A stretch of DNA of 64,000 nt from Trichormus sp. ATA11-4-KO1 (GCA_019358915.1 JAHHIM010000002.1:1-64000); one strand, 5' to 3'. Positions 1 through 11,053 are shown, numbered from the stretch's first letter. Numbers and translations are program-made. Notes: generated by a model from the letters alone, not told the origin.

Positions 1-125
1 TTTTAAGTAAGAACTCTCCAGCAACAGTTAATATGAGAAACTTTGTAAATTGTGGCTATTTTAACTTCTTTAACGTCAAGAAAAATAACCCTTCATTATA
101 CCAAAAAATATTTATGCAAGAGTTC

Positions 126-298
126 TAGGGCTGATTCGTTCCCTAAAAGGGTTAAAATTGCAAGGGCAAATCCACAATTAAGACCGAAAATTTTGGCATC
201 TTCAGTCCGAAATACCTGATTCTTCTTTGCGTCTTTGCGCCTTTGCGTGAGATTATCCTCTTGACAAATCTCCAACACAAGCGAATGAAACAGCCCTG
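126..298 (-). mobile_element. 173-bp MITE, copy 1 (CAGGG-ended, ISAs1/Nezha-like)
   Basis: 127-297 is the exact reverse complement of 20917-21087; imperfect 18-bp terminal inverted repeats; no target duplication visible at this copy. Confidence 0.85.
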
Positions 299-326
299 GG
301 GTTGGGGTGAGGTTATCGAATTCACG

Positions 327-3300
327 TTAAATGAAGTGCAAAGGCAAATTGATACTAAAAGTAGTACCTTGTCCTACACCATCGCTAGTTGCTTGAATAG
401 TCCCCCCATGCAGTTCTACCAAATGACGAGCGATCGCTAAACCCAGTCCTAACCCACCTTGTCTGTGAGTACAATCTGCCTGACGATACCGATCAAAAAT
501 GTAAGGTAGAAACTCAGGGCTGATGCCGATACCAGTGTCACTGACTTCAATCATTACTGAGTTGTGAGTACTGTGTGACAGGCGTACTGTTACCTGTCCC
601 CCTGATGGAGTGAATTTGATGGCATTAGAAAGTAAATTGCCCAAAACTTGTAGCAGGCGGTTAGCATCTCCAGCAATGGGTGGAATTGACTGATCGACTG
701 CACAGTTTACGTGAATGTGCTGTGCATTGGCAGATGGATAAGCCGTCTCCACAGCTGCCTTGACAATATTCACCAAATTGACCTGGCTGATTTCCAGTTG
801 TAACTTGCCCCGGAGAATCCGGGACATATTCAGCAGGTCTTCTAAGAGTTTTCCCTGAGACTGGGCATTACGTTCGATGGTCTCTAAAGCCAAGGTAATA
901 GTGGGTGCATCCAGTTGCCGAGTTCGCAGCAGCTTTGCCCAGCCCAGAATTGCATTCAGTGGCGATCGCAAGTCATGAGATACCATAGCCACAAATTCAT
1001 CCTTAGTTTGATTGGCTGTCTCAGCTTCAGTGCGGGCAGCTTGTTCTAGCTGCAACAGGCGATCGCGTTCAGCTTCCAATCGCTTGCGATCGTCTATGTC
1101 TGTACTAGTACCAAACCACTTAATCACATTTCCTTGCTCATCCTTAATCGGCAAACTCCTAACTAAATGCCAGCGATAGCTACCGTCACGTTTTCTATAG
1201 CGTAATTCTTGTTCGTAAGGTTTCTCTGTCTGCAAGGCTTGTGTCCATTCCTGCATGACTGAGGAGAAGTCATCTGGATGTATAACTTGTGTCCAGCCTA
1301 ACCCCTGTGCCTCCTCAACCGTTTGCCCAGTTAATTCACCCCATCTTTGATTGACATGCTCACATTCCCCTTCGGTATTGCAAATCCAGACGAGTTGTGG
1401 TATGAGGTCTGATAAATAACGGTAGCGTTCTTCACTTTGACGCAAAGCTGTTTCAGCTTGTTTACGTTTGGTAAGGTCGAGAACAAAACAGACGCTATAA
1501 CCGTCCTTCTCTCTACCTTCGATTAAAGCAATTCCTAATAAAATCGGCACACGAGTCCCATCTTTACGAAAGTACTCCTTTTCAAAAGGGGTACAAGCGC
1601 CAGAGATTTGCAGTTCTCGGATTTTTTGCTGATCCAGGTCATAGTATTCTGGTGGTGTCATCCCATCCCAGCGAACATTTCCAGCTTCTAGTTCCGCACG
1701 GGTGTAGCCAAGCATTTTCAAAAAAGCATCATTCGCTTCATAAATCGAACCGTTGAAGTCACCGAAATAGACACCAACTATATTGGATTCCACAATCCGG
1801 CGGAACTTGGCTTCACTCTTTTGTAATGCTGCTTCAGCTTGTTTGCGATCGCTAATATCTGTCGTACTGCCAACTGTTCGCACTACCTGCCCATAACTAT
1901 CTCTAATAATTATTCCCTGATCTAGCACATACCGATACTGCTGGTTTTTGTGCCGCATTCTATACTCAAATGTATAGTAGTTTTCCTGATTAGATATAGC
2001 TAGGCATTGCTTCTTTAGGCGCGCTCTATCTTCTGGGTGAATTTGCTCTGTCCACCATTGATGGCTGGGTTCTGTTTCTGCCAAAGAGTAGCCCAAAATC
2101 CGGGTTAGTCCCTCAGTTCTGTCAACAATATTACTTTTTAAATCCCAATCATAAATTAGACAATTGACTGCCGCCGCCGCTAGTTGGAAACGTTCATTGC
2201 TTAGGCGTAGCTGTTCCTCTATTTGCTTACGAGCAGTAATATCAAAAGCTGTACCCACAATTTGGCGCGGTGAATTATCAACATTCCTGGTGAATACAGT
2301 ATCTCGACTACAAAACCAGCGCCATTCACCACTAGCATGTCGCATCCGATACTCAAACTCCAGAATACCACCATCATCAGCTGAGCCGATTAGTTGCAGA
2401 TGTTCAGGAAATCGCGCCCAATCTTCAGGATGCATTAAACATGCGAGAAACTCATTGCCCATTTCCTGAATTTGTTGGGGAGTATAACCCAGCAGCTTGG
2501 TAACTTGAATATTGGTATAGATATTTTGCCGTTCTATCAAATCATAAACGTACAAAATCCCTGGTGTTGTATCAGCAATGCGCTCAATGAACTGTTGACT
2601 CTCTCGTAATTTTGCTTCTGCGCGTTTTTTTTCGGTGACATCTCGCCAGGAAGCGACAAAGCCATCTCCCATTTTGGTGATGCGAATATCAATGGCTCTG
2701 GTGAAATTCTTTTGAATATCAAAGAAAGTTTGGATTAATGATTCTTTAACTAAAGGCTTACCTGTTTCTACAACTTGGCAACATTCATCAAACAAGCCAT
2801 TTTCTCGCAGATTAGGGAGGATTTTACCCAGATATTCGCCCTGCTGTTCCTCCTTGCTTTTCTGGTTAAAATCACAAGCTGCGGCGTTCACGTAATCCAC
2901 CAGAAAATCGACAATTCCACCCGTTTCATGACGAACGGCTGAAAAAATGCCGAAGCAATCTAGCATATTCTCAACTGAAGTCCGAAAACGCTCCTCACTG
3001 CGTTGCAATTCCTGACTTAATTGAGCGTTTTTAATCGCCGAATGGATAGTTGAGCGCAAACGCTCACCTGTTGTTTGTCCCTTAACTAAATAATCTTGGA
3101 CTCCACTTTTCATTGCCTGTACAGCCACAGATTCGTTGCCATAGCCAGTTAACATAATTACTGCTGGTATGACTCCCTGTGATTGCTGTTTTAATTGTGC
3201 CAGAAATTCCAAACCATCCAAGTCTGGCAGCAAAAAGTCTAATAAAATCCCGTCAGGCTGAAACTGCCGACATAATGTCAACGCTCCTTCTCCTGATTCT

Positions 3301-3410
3301 TCTTCGAGAATTGTGTAGCTGTATTCCTGGTCTTGCAACAGATAGCGACGATAAACCTGGCGGTCTTCAGGACAATCATCGACAATTAAAACAGTTAGCG
3401 GTTGCACCAT
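327..3410 (-). CDS. Hybrid sensor histidine kinase (N-terminal receiver, about 5 PAS/PAC, HisKA, HATPase)
   Basis: VLIVDD receiver; repeated PAS/PAC motifs; SHDLRSPL H-box; NAIKFT, DTGIGI, GLGLGL boxes. Confidence 0.93.
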   Translation of the reverse strand: MVQPLTVLIVDDCPEDRQVYRRYLLQDQEYSYTILEEESGEGALTLCRQFQPDGILLDFLLPDLDGLEFLAQLKQQSQGVIPAVIMLTGYGNESVAVQAMKSGVQDYLVKGQTTGERLRSTIHSAIKNAQLSQELQRSEERFRTSVENMLDCFGIFSAVRHETGGIVDFLVDYVNAAACDFNQKSKEEQQGEYLGKILPNLRENGLFDECCQVVETGKPLVKESLIQTFFDIQKNFTRAIDIRITKMGDGFVASWRDVTEKKRAEAKLRESQQFIERIADTTPGILYVYDLIERQNIYTNIQVTKLLGYTPQQIQEMGNEFLACLMHPEDWARFPEHLQLIGSADDGGILEFEYRMRHASGEWRWFCSRDTVFTRNVDNSPRQIVGTAFDITARKQIEEQLRLSNERFQLAAAAVNCLIYDWDLKSNIVDRTEGLTRILGYSLAETEPSHQWWTEQIHPEDRARLKKQCLAISNQENYYTFEYRMRHKNQQYRYVLDQGIIIRDSYGQVVRTVGSTTDISDRKQAEAALQKSEAKFRRIVESNIVGVYFGDFNGSIYEANDAFLKMLGYTRAELEAGNVRWDGMTPPEYYDLDQQKIRELQISGACTPFEKEYFRKDGTRVPILLGIALIEGREKDGYSVCFVLDLTKRKQAETALRQSEERYRYLSDLIPQLVWICNTEGECEHVNQRWGELTGQTVEEAQGLGWTQVIHPDDFSSVMQEWTQALQTEKPYEQELRYRKRDGSYRWHLVRSLPIKDEQGNVIKWFGTSTDIDDRKRLEAERDRLLQLEQAARTEAETANQTKDEFVAMVSHDLRSPLNAILGWAKLLRTRQLDAPTITLALETIERNAQSQGKLLEDLLNMSRILRGKLQLEISQVNLVNIVKAAVETAYPSANAQHIHVNCAVDQSIPPIAGDANRLLQVLGNLLSNAIKFTPSGGQVTVRLSHSTHNSVMIEVSDTGIGISPEFLPYIFDRYRQADCTHRQGGLGLGLAIARHLVELHGGTIQATSDGVGQGTTFSINLPLHFI

Positions 3411-3412
3411 AA

Positions 3413-3865
3413 CTATTTGCTAACAGCATCAGGGAGTATTACTATATCTAACCAATAAGTTATGAAACTTTGAATAGTCTCAACTAATCTGTTGATATCG
3501 ATTGGTTTGAGCATATAACTAGCTACGGAAGAGCGATAACATATTTCGATATCTTTAGGATTAGACGAAGTTGTAAATACAACTACGGGAATATATTTGA
3601 AGTCTTCATCTTGCTTAATTTGTTCTAAAACTTCTCTGCCATCAGTTCCTGGTAAATTGAGGTCGAGTAAAATAATCGCCGGACGGGGAGATTTTTGGCT
3701 GCTATAAGCCCCAGTTTGGTAAATGAAGTCTAGCGCCTCATCGCCATCGGTACAGCGAAAGATAGGATTGACAACGGCTTCTCGTTTCATGACTCGACAC
3801 AAAGCTTCAAAGTCTTCGTCGCTATCTTCAATCACCAGTAAAGGTTTAGCAAAATTACCAATCAT
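3413..3865 (-). CDS. rcpB: Phytochrome-associated single-domain response regulator (Rcp type)
   Basis: LLVIEDS...LLDLNLP...FTTSS...KP receiver directly downstream of the phytochrome. Confidence 0.85.
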   Translation of the reverse strand: MIGNFAKPLLVIEDSDEDFEALCRVMKREAVVNPIFRCTDGDEALDFIYQTGAYSSQKSPRPAIILLDLNLPGTDGREVLEQIKQDEDFKYIPVVVFTTSSNPKDIEICYRSSVASYMLKPIDINRLVETIQSFITYWLDIVILPDAVSK

Positions 3866-3874
3866 CAGTTCAGT

Positions 3875-6127
3875 CTACTCCTGCAATGTGAAATAGAAGG
3901 TACTACCTTCACCATAGGTTGACTCTACCCAAATTTTACCGCCATGTCGTTCGACAATTTTTTTGGCAATGGTCAATCCTGCTCCAGTCCCACCGCCATA
4001 TTTGCTTGGCCCGTGTAGTCGTTTGAAGATCCGGAAAATTGCCTCAAAATGTTTTTCTTGAATACCGATACCATTATCTCGCACGTAAAATACCATTGGT
4101 GCTGGTGACTCTTCGATATAGCCAATTTCAATCCATTTTTCGGCTTTATCGTTGTATTTAATGGCATTAGCAATTAAATTGTTAAAGACTTCAACTATCT
4201 GCACGCGATCGCAATACACTGTTGGTAGTGTTCTAGGAATACGAATCTCTACGTTCATCTCCTCAATTCTGGCGCTCAACAAGTCCAAACTGCGATGTAC
4301 GATACTATTAATATCTGTTTGCTGCCTAGAAAGGTCTACTCTTCCCAAGCGAGAAAAATGCAGCAGCGAATCGATTAAATCCTCCATGCGCTGAGTCAGA
4401 CGAATCAATGTTTTTAACTTTGTTTTACCTTCTTCATCTAAGATTTCGCCGTAATCTTCAATGAGGAAGTTAGAGTAATTGTGAATACCGCGCAGTGGTT
4501 CTTTTAAATCATGAGAAGCAATGTAAGCAAAAGCATCTAATTCGTTATTACTGCGTTCTAGTTCAATATTCAACTGGGCTAATTCATCTGCTTTCCGCAA
4601 CACCACGCCAATAATTGCGCTTCTCAATTCTAGCGCTGCATTCACCTCATAGGATTTCCAAGGATGAGATTTCAACAATACTGTTTCTTTCCATAATTCA
4701 AATGATTTGCGGGGTGATATATGTTTACTGCCATTTGCTTTCACTTCTACAGGTTTATTAGGATTACCTCCCCAATCAACAGTTTGTACTACTTCTGGGC
4801 GAAACCATAAAACATAGTTTTTTTGAGTTTTGGATATGGAAAGAACCATCAAACCACTAGCAACATCCCGCAATTTTTCTGCTTCTGGGTAAACTTGCGA
4901 TAGCGAATTGGTGTAGAAAATATCTTCATGTAAATTCTGATTTATCCATTCTACTAAATCCTGAATATCTTGTTGTGCTGGCGTGCTACCAATTGTAAAA
5001 AAATTGCCATGAAAACAGATTGCTGCTCCTTGAGCCTTGACAAGATTGAGGATATTTGGTTGCTTGTTAATTAAGCCGTCAATGAAGTTATTTTCTAATG
5101 ACATATACTCCACTAATTTGGAGTGATAATATTTTACCTGGATCTTAGATTCAACATCTTCACTATCTTCTTTAGCAGCCATTTCTAAAGATGTCATTTG
5201 CCCCAAGAATTCACAAGCATTGCGAATTTCATAGGGAATATATTTAGGTGTTTGATGATGACAAGCAATTAATCCCCATAGTTTTCCGTCTTTCATGATG
5301 GAAATTGACATGGATGCAGTCACGCCCATATTATGCATATATTCAATATGTATAGGCGAGACACTTCGCAATACTGACCTGCTTAAATCTAAAGGCTCGT
5401 CAGTTAAAGGGTTATTTGTTGGCACAATTGCCGCAGGTTGATAGTTAGCATCCGGTATCAGTCTCAGCCAGTTTTGGCTATAGAGTTTTCTAGCTTGTTT
5501 GGGAATATCAGAAGCTGGATAGTGCAAACCTAAATAAGGTGTCAAATATTCTGGTTTTTCTTCAGCAATAACACTACCACTCCAATTTTCATCAAATCGA
5601 TAGAGCATTACTCGGTCAAAACCTGTAAGTTTTTTTACTTCTTTGACTAGTATCTGACTCAGTTCTGTTAAAGTTGATGCCATCTGTAGCTTTGACATCG
5701 CTTGTTTAACTAAGTGATAAAATTTAAAAAAAACATTACTTTTTTCTAATAATCTAGGTTCTAACTCTAAAATTAAAATTTCATGGGAACGGTGAAGAAT
5801 ACCATCAAAATCTAGAGATTGCTCGCCTGTATTAATATTAAAATCAATGGGGTTGATAATTGGTAAATCATCTTGAGTTAAAGAATTTTTCAATAAATTA
5901 ATTTGGTCTGAGTCAAGCAAGTAATTTAAATTTTTATTAACTAAATCTTCAGGTTTCAATCCAATTAAATCAAATGTATTATTGCTAATTTGCAGGATAG
6001 TTAAATCTGCTTCTTTTAGTGCTAAAAGAACTCCGTGCGGCTGAATAGAGCCAGGAATATGAATTGGCTCTTTGTTACAGTTGCTGAGGTCAACTTGGAA
6101 GGGGATGGTAGTATCGTTAGTACTCAT
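3875..6127 (-). CDS. aphB: Bacteriophytochrome-type PAS-GAF-PHY histidine kinase (CphB/AphB type)
   Basis: N-terminal NCNKEPIHIPG cysteine, SDIP motif, SPIH (no GAF cysteine), PRKSF tongue motif, SHDLKEPLR H-box. Confidence 0.88.
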   Translation of the reverse strand: MSTNDTTIPFQVDLSNCNKEPIHIPGSIQPHGVLLALKEADLTILQISNNTFDLIGLKPEDLVNKNLNYLLDSDQINLLKNSLTQDDLPIINPIDFNINTGEQSLDFDGILHRSHEILILELEPRLLEKSNVFFKFYHLVKQAMSKLQMASTLTELSQILVKEVKKLTGFDRVMLYRFDENWSGSVIAEEKPEYLTPYLGLHYPASDIPKQARKLYSQNWLRLIPDANYQPAAIVPTNNPLTDEPLDLSRSVLRSVSPIHIEYMHNMGVTASMSISIMKDGKLWGLIACHHQTPKYIPYEIRNACEFLGQMTSLEMAAKEDSEDVESKIQVKYYHSKLVEYMSLENNFIDGLINKQPNILNLVKAQGAAICFHGNFFTIGSTPAQQDIQDLVEWINQNLHEDIFYTNSLSQVYPEAEKLRDVASGLMVLSISKTQKNYVLWFRPEVVQTVDWGGNPNKPVEVKANGSKHISPRKSFELWKETVLLKSHPWKSYEVNAALELRSAIIGVVLRKADELAQLNIELERSNNELDAFAYIASHDLKEPLRGIHNYSNFLIEDYGEILDEEGKTKLKTLIRLTQRMEDLIDSLLHFSRLGRVDLSRQQTDINSIVHRSLDLLSARIEEMNVEIRIPRTLPTVYCDRVQIVEVFNNLIANAIKYNDKAEKWIEIGYIEESPAPMVFYVRDNGIGIQEKHFEAIFRIFKRLHGPSKYGGGTGAGLTIAKKIVERHGGKIWVESTYGEGSTFYFTLQE

Positions 6128-6619
6128 GTTTAAGTCCTATTGATTACAACTAGTCTTGAGATGGCTCTCATGTTGTGGTATAGCAGTCTTGTGAAATTTT
6201 TGAAATACTCCTTATGGTTGAATAGTCCCCAGCCCAAGCATAACTATAAGTACAGACTTAATTAATTGCTTTTGTGCTATTTACTATTGACTGCCTTCAT
6301 GGGTAGACCACAATTCTTTTAAAATTGCTGTATTTTCACGTAAATCCCCGTTTACAGTAATGTAAATAAAATTTAAGAAAAATTAACTAAAATTACATTT
6401 TTCACAAAAATTATTAATAGAAATTTATTAAGGTATCTTCTGATACAGAAGACTTTGATCACCGAATTTTTAGGTGAGTTGAGTCATAGAAGTACCTACC
6501 ATCACTGCGAGAGAAGCAGGATCATTTGGGCATAAAAAAAAGCTGCGATCGCAGTAGAATTGCCAAAGGTATGGTGTGTAGGACAAAAACCAGCAGTTCG
6601 TTACAAATAATTATTACTT

Positions 6620-7066
6620 TTGCCAACACTAATGGAAGACCTTAGACAAGCTTCTCTAGCTCTTGCTGGCTTAGAAATTCTCGTAGTGGATGATGACGAG
6701 GATAGTCGCTTTTACATCTCCACCGTCTTGGAAGCAGATGGCGCAACTGTCATGACAGTTGCATCAGCAGCAGCAGCATTGGCAATGCTACCTGAGTTAC
6801 AGCCTGATATTTGTATCTGTGATATTGCTATGCCTGGTGAAGATGGCTACAGCCTGATTCGCAAAATACGTGCGCTGAAGCCAGACAAGGTTGGAGGAGT
6901 CCCGGCAGTTGCCTTAACTGCTTATGCTGATAGTGAAGATCGTCTCCGTGCCTTAGAGGCTGGCTTTCAGATGCATGTGGCTAAACCTGTTGACCCAGAG
7001 CAACTAGTCGTGACCATAGCAAACTTGATTACTTCTAGACATGGAAATTACCGAAAATCTCCATAA
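6620..7066 (+). CDS. Single-domain response regulator (start may be ATG 6632)
   Basis: ILVVDDD...CDIAMP...ALTA...KP receiver motifs. Confidence 0.88.
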   Translation: MPTLMEDLRQASLALAGLEILVVDDDEDSRFYISTVLEADGATVMTVASAAAALAMLPELQPDICICDIAMPGEDGYSLIRKIRALKPDKVGGVPAVALTAYADSEDRLRALEAGFQMHVAKPVDPEQLVVTIANLITSRHGNYRKSP

Positions 7067-7214
7067 ATCCCAAAATGGCATCCATGAACAAAAATCTATG
7101 AGATATTTGCACTAATTCGCTTGATTGAAGCCCTTTCCCTTCAACCCTTCTTGTCTGCGAGGCAAGAGAAAAGAAAGGCAAAATTAACTTTTTGTGATGT
7201 GAACCGAATAATTT

Positions 7215-7257
7215 GTATAAGAGATAACAATTTAATAGTAAAATAACGCACTAATAT
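7215..7257 (+). promoter_or_regulatory. NtcA-type site (GTA-N8-AAC) with downstream TAN3T -10 box, upstream of urtA
   Basis: GTATAAGAGATAAC at 7215-7228; TAATAT at 7252-7257 after a 23-nt gap; urt operons are known NtcA targets. Confidence 0.65.
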
Positions 7258-7329
7258 CTCAGTTTAAAGATTAATCTTGTCAGCTTTCCATGAGTTAGCT
7301 GGTACATTCCGAAGGAAATTCATCAAGAT

Positions 7330-8634
7330 ATGAGTAGACAATTTAACAGACGGAAGTTTTTAATCTACAGTTCTGCAACTATCGGTAGCAGCGTTTTACT
7401 GAAGGCTTGTGCGAATAACTCCCCAACCGCTACAGACAGTCCAACAGCTTCTCCGGCTGCTGCTACTGGTGGTGACACCATCAAAGTAGGTATTTTGCAC
7501 TCCCTGAGTGGCACAATGGCTATTAGTGAAAAAAGTGTTGTCGATGCTGAAAAATTAGCAATCAAAGAAATTAACGCTACTGGTGGTGTCTTAGGTAAAC
7601 AAATTGAAGCAATTACTGAAGACGGTGCTTCTAACTGGGATACTTTTAGAGAAAAAGCAACCAAGCTCATTGACCAGGATAAAACCGCCGTTATTTTTGG
7701 TTGTTGGACTTCTGCTAGCCGCAAGAATGTGAAGCCAGTATTTGAGAGCAAAGACCATATGCTCTGGTATCCAGTACAGTATGAAGGTCAAGAATGTTCT
7801 AAAAACATTTTTTATACTGGTGCTGCTCCCAATCAACAAATTGAGCCATCTGTTGATTGGCTATTAAAAAATAAAGGTAAACAATTCTTTCTAGTTGGTT
7901 CCGACTACGTTTTTCCCCGGACTGCTAACACAATTATTAAAGCTCAACTAGAGGCTTTAGGTGGCACAACAGTTGGTGAGGATTACTTACCCCTAGGTAA
8001 CGTAGAAGTTACACCTATTATCACTAAAATCAGGCAAGCTTTGCCCAACGGTGGTATAATTTACAACACTTTAAATGGTGATAGCAACGTTGCTTTCTTC
8101 AAACAATTAAGGGGGGCTGGATTGACGCCAGAAAAATATCCCTCTATGTCTGTAAGTATTGCAGAAGAAGAAGTTAAAGCCATTGGTGTTGAGTATCTTC
8201 AAGGTCATTATGCTGCCTGGAACTACTTCCAAACAGTAGACACACCTGCTAACAAAAAATTTGTAGAAGCCTTCAAAAAAGAGTATGGTGTAGACCGGGT
8301 AATCAACGACCCAATGGAAGCAGGATACATCGCAGTTTATTTGTGGAAACAAGCAGTAGAAAAAGCTGGCACTACTGACTTAGATAAAGTCCGCGCTGCG
8401 GCTTACGGTCAAACTATAGATGCGCCGGAAGGTCAAGTTACAATGAGCGCCAATCATCACATTTCTAAAGTTGTGCGGATTGGTCAAGTCCGGCAAGATG
8501 GTTTATTTGATATTGTCTATGCTACTCCTGCACCAGTTGAGCCAGTGCCTTGGAATCAATTTGTGAAAGAAACTAAGGGGTTTGGTTGTGATTGGTCAGA
8601 TCCAGCTAAAGGCGGTAAGTACAAGCAAGTCTAA
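7330..8634 (+). CDS. urtA: Urea ABC transporter substrate-binding protein
   Basis: Twin-arginine/lipoprotein leader; [31 protein letters not shown] motifs. Confidence 0.96.
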   Translation: MSRQFNRRKFLIYSSATIGSSVLLKACANNSPTATDSPTASPAAATGGDTIKVGILHSLSGTMAISEKSVVDAEKLAIKEINATGGVLGKQIEAITEDGASNWDTFREKATKLIDQDKTAVIFGCWTSASRKNVKPVFESKDHMLWYPVQYEGQECSKNIFYTGAAPNQQIEPSVDWLLKNKGKQFFLVGSDYVFPRTANTIIKAQLEALGGTTVGEDYLPLGNVEVTPIITKIRQALPNGGIIYNTLNGDSNVAFFKQLRGAGLTPEKYPSMSVSIAEEEVKAIGVEYLQGHYAAWNYFQTVDTPANKKFVEAFKKEYGVDRVINDPMEAGYIAVYLWKQAVEKAGTTDLDKVRAAAYGQTIDAPEGQVTMSANHHISKVVRIGQVRQDGLFDIVYATPAPVEPVPWNQFVKETKGFGCDWSDPAKGGKYKQV

Positions 8635-8643
8635 TACTAATTT

Positions 8644-8684
8644 GTAATTCGTAATTCGTAATTCGTAATTCGTAATTCGTAATT
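8644..8684. repeat. Heptamer tandem repeat (GTAATTC)x6, STRR-type
   Basis: Read directly; followed by inverted degenerate units up to about 8703. Confidence 0.9.
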
Positions 8685-8749
8685 AATTACTGATTACGAA
8701 TTATGTGACATTTGCTCAGGATTAGTTGAGATTTGTGGGAGAAGAATAG

Positions 8750-9904
8750 GTGCTAACAGGTTTCTTAGAGGCGGTATTTAATGGTATTAGTATTGGGTCG
8801 GTATTATTAATTGCTGCGTTGGGATTAGCAATTATTTTTGGGTTGATGGGCGTCATTAATATGGCGCATGGTGAATTGATGATGTTTGGTGCTTATACAA
8901 CATTTGTTGTGCAAAATGCCTGTAAACAGTTGGGTGGGGTTTGGTTTGATTTATATATATTTTTGGCTTTGATTTTTGCTTTTTTGTTCACTGCTGCTGT
9001 GGGGTTAATTTTAGAGCGAGGGGTGATTCGTTATCTCTATGGACGACCTCTCGAAACTTTATTAGCAACTTGGGGAGTGAGTTTAATTTTCCAACAGTTT
9101 GTTCGCAGTGTGAATTGGTTGTTGGTAATTGGTATAGTCTTATTTTGTTTGTTGTTTTTTGGAAGTTTACGGATTTTAAATTCTCGCACCAATTGGGGAA
9201 AAGTTCGTAATTGGTTTGTGGCAGTAATATTATTACTATCTCTAGGAATAACAATCGTCACCAGCAATTTATTAAGTGAACAGCAAGCACTGAATCAGCC
9301 TTTTTTTGGGCCTCGAAATTTAGATGTCACGGCTCCAACTTGGTTACAAGATGGCATAGCTTTGGGTGGTGTACAGTTGCCATTTGCTCGGTTATTTATT
9401 ATTGCTTTGACAATAATTTGTGTGGTAGGAATTTATCTATTTTTGCAGCGTTCTAATTGGGGATTAAAAATCCGGGCTGTGACGCAAAACCGCAGTATGA
9501 GTGCTTGTTTGGGTATCCCTACACAAAAAGTTGATGCGATTACTTTTGCCTTGGGTTCGGGGTTGGCTGGTGTGGCTGGTTGTGCCATTAGTTTACTCGG
9601 TTCTGTAGGGCCAAATACTGGACAGAACTATATTATCGACACTTTTATGGTGGTGGTTGTCGGTGGTGTAGGTAATTTGACAGGTACTATTGTCGCTGCT
9701 TTGGGAATTGGTACGGCTAATTTTTTAATTGGTTCTGGTACTTTGGCTTTTTTGTTATCGCCGATTCAGCCTTTAGCAGATTTTTTCAATTTCTTTGCGA
9801 CAACCAGTATGGCAAAGGTGATGGTGTTTGCATTGATTATCGCGTTTTTACAGTGGAAGCCTGCGGGGATTTTTCCCCAGAAGGGTCGTACTGTTGATGT
9901 TTGA
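8750..9904 (+). CDS. urtB: Urea ABC transporter permease
   Basis: GLAIIFGLMGVINMAHGE motif; position in operon. Confidence 0.95.
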   Translation: MLTGFLEAVFNGISIGSVLLIAALGLAIIFGLMGVINMAHGELMMFGAYTTFVVQNACKQLGGVWFDLYIFLALIFAFLFTAAVGLILERGVIRYLYGRPLETLLATWGVSLIFQQFVRSVNWLLVIGIVLFCLLFFGSLRILNSRTNWGKVRNWFVAVILLLSLGITIVTSNLLSEQQALNQPFFGPRNLDVTAPTWLQDGIALGGVQLPFARLFIIALTIICVVGIYLFLQRSNWGLKIRAVTQNRSMSACLGIPTQKVDAITFALGSGLAGVAGCAISLLGSVGPNTGQNYIIDTFMVVVVGGVGNLTGTIVAALGIGTANFLIGSGTLAFLLSPIQPLADFFNFFATTSMAKVMVFALIIAFLQWKPAGIFPQKGRTVDV

Positions 9905-9931
9905 ACCACAGAGGCGCAGAGGACTCAGAGA

Positions 9932-11053
9932 ATGAAGCAGAAAGGAGGAAGGTTAGTTTTAATTGAGGTTGGGATGGTGGTGGCGATCGCACTGATCCTC
10001 ATCTTAATTATGCCAGTTGTGCTGTCAGAGTTTCGTCTGAATTTGCTGGGGCGATTTTTATCGCTGGCGATTGTGGCTTTAGGTATTGATTTGATTTGGG
10101 GTTATACCGGATTATTGAGTTTGGGACATGGGATTTTCTTTGGTTTGGGTGGATATGCGATCGCAATGCACCTGAAATTACAAGTTCCCCCTGGCGAATT
10201 ACCTGATTTTATGGGGTTGTTTGGTATTACTGAATTACCTCGGTTTTGGCAACCTTTTTATTCTTTTCCCGTGGCGACAGTGGTTGTGGTGGTGATTCCC
10301 GGTTTACTAGCGGGATTATTTGGCTATTTAGTATTTCGCAATCGTCTCAAAGGTGTATATTTTTCTATACTCACTCAAGCCGCAGTGATTATATTTTTCA
10401 ACTTTTTTAATGGTCAACAACAACTATTCAACGGTACAAATGGACTCACAAGTTTTAGAACTTTGTTGGGAGCAGATGTCAACGATAGCAAAACACAATT
10501 CATTTTTTACAGTCTGACAGTAGTTTTTCTCGCCGCCACCTACGGAATTTGTCGCTGGTTGACAAGTGGACGCTTTGGCAGATTATTAATAGCCATTCGT
10601 GATGATGAAAGTCGGGTGAGATTTTCCGGCTATAACCCCACAGAATTTAAAGTTTTGGTGTTTGCAGTTTCCGGTGCGATCGCAGGTATCGCCGGAGCAT
10701 TTTACACTCTTCAAAGTGGTTCTGTCTCACCCAGATCAATGGATATTGCTTTTTCCATTGAAATGGTAATTTGGGTAGCAGTGGGGGGACGTGCTACATT
10801 AACTGGGGCAATTGTGGGTACATTATTAGTCAATTATGCCCGTACCTTTTTCAGTGAAGAATTTTCCGAATACTGGTTATTTTTCCAGGGCGGACTGTTT
10901 TTAATTGTGGTGACAGTTCTCCCTGACGGCATCATGGGATGGTTGCAAAGTCAAAAAATGGCTTTTTTCCACCGCCGTCAACAAATTGCTACATATCCCT
11001 CTTTAGAAGACGATCCCGAAGTGCAAAATGAACGCCAAAATCTTGGAAACTGA
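9932..11053 (+). CDS. urtC: Urea ABC transporter permease
   Basis: DLIWGYTGLLSLGHG and GVYFSILTQA motifs. Confidence 0.95.
   Translation: MKQKGGRLVLIEVGMVVAIALILILIMPVVLSEFRLNLLGRFLSLAIVALGIDLIWGYTGLLSLGHGIFFGLGGYAIAMHLKLQVPPGELPDFMGLFGITELPRFWQPFYSFPVATVVVVVIPGLLAGLFGYLVFRNRLKGVYFSILTQAAVIIFFNFFNGQQQLFNGTNGLTSFRTLLGADVNDSKTQFIFYSLTVVFLAATYGICRWLTSGRFGRLLIAIRDDESRVRFSGYNPTEFKVLVFAVSGAIAGIAGAFYTLQSGSVSPRSMDIAFSIEMVIWVAVGGRATLTGAIVGTLLVNYARTFFSEEFSEYWLFFQGGLFLIVVTVLPDGIMGWLQSQKMAFFHRRQQIATYPSLEDDPEVQNERQNLGN

Noticed and set aside
96..278. 60-aa ORF and its twin at 20894-21118
   Set aside because: Both are read through the same MITE; identity reflects the repeat, not a gene
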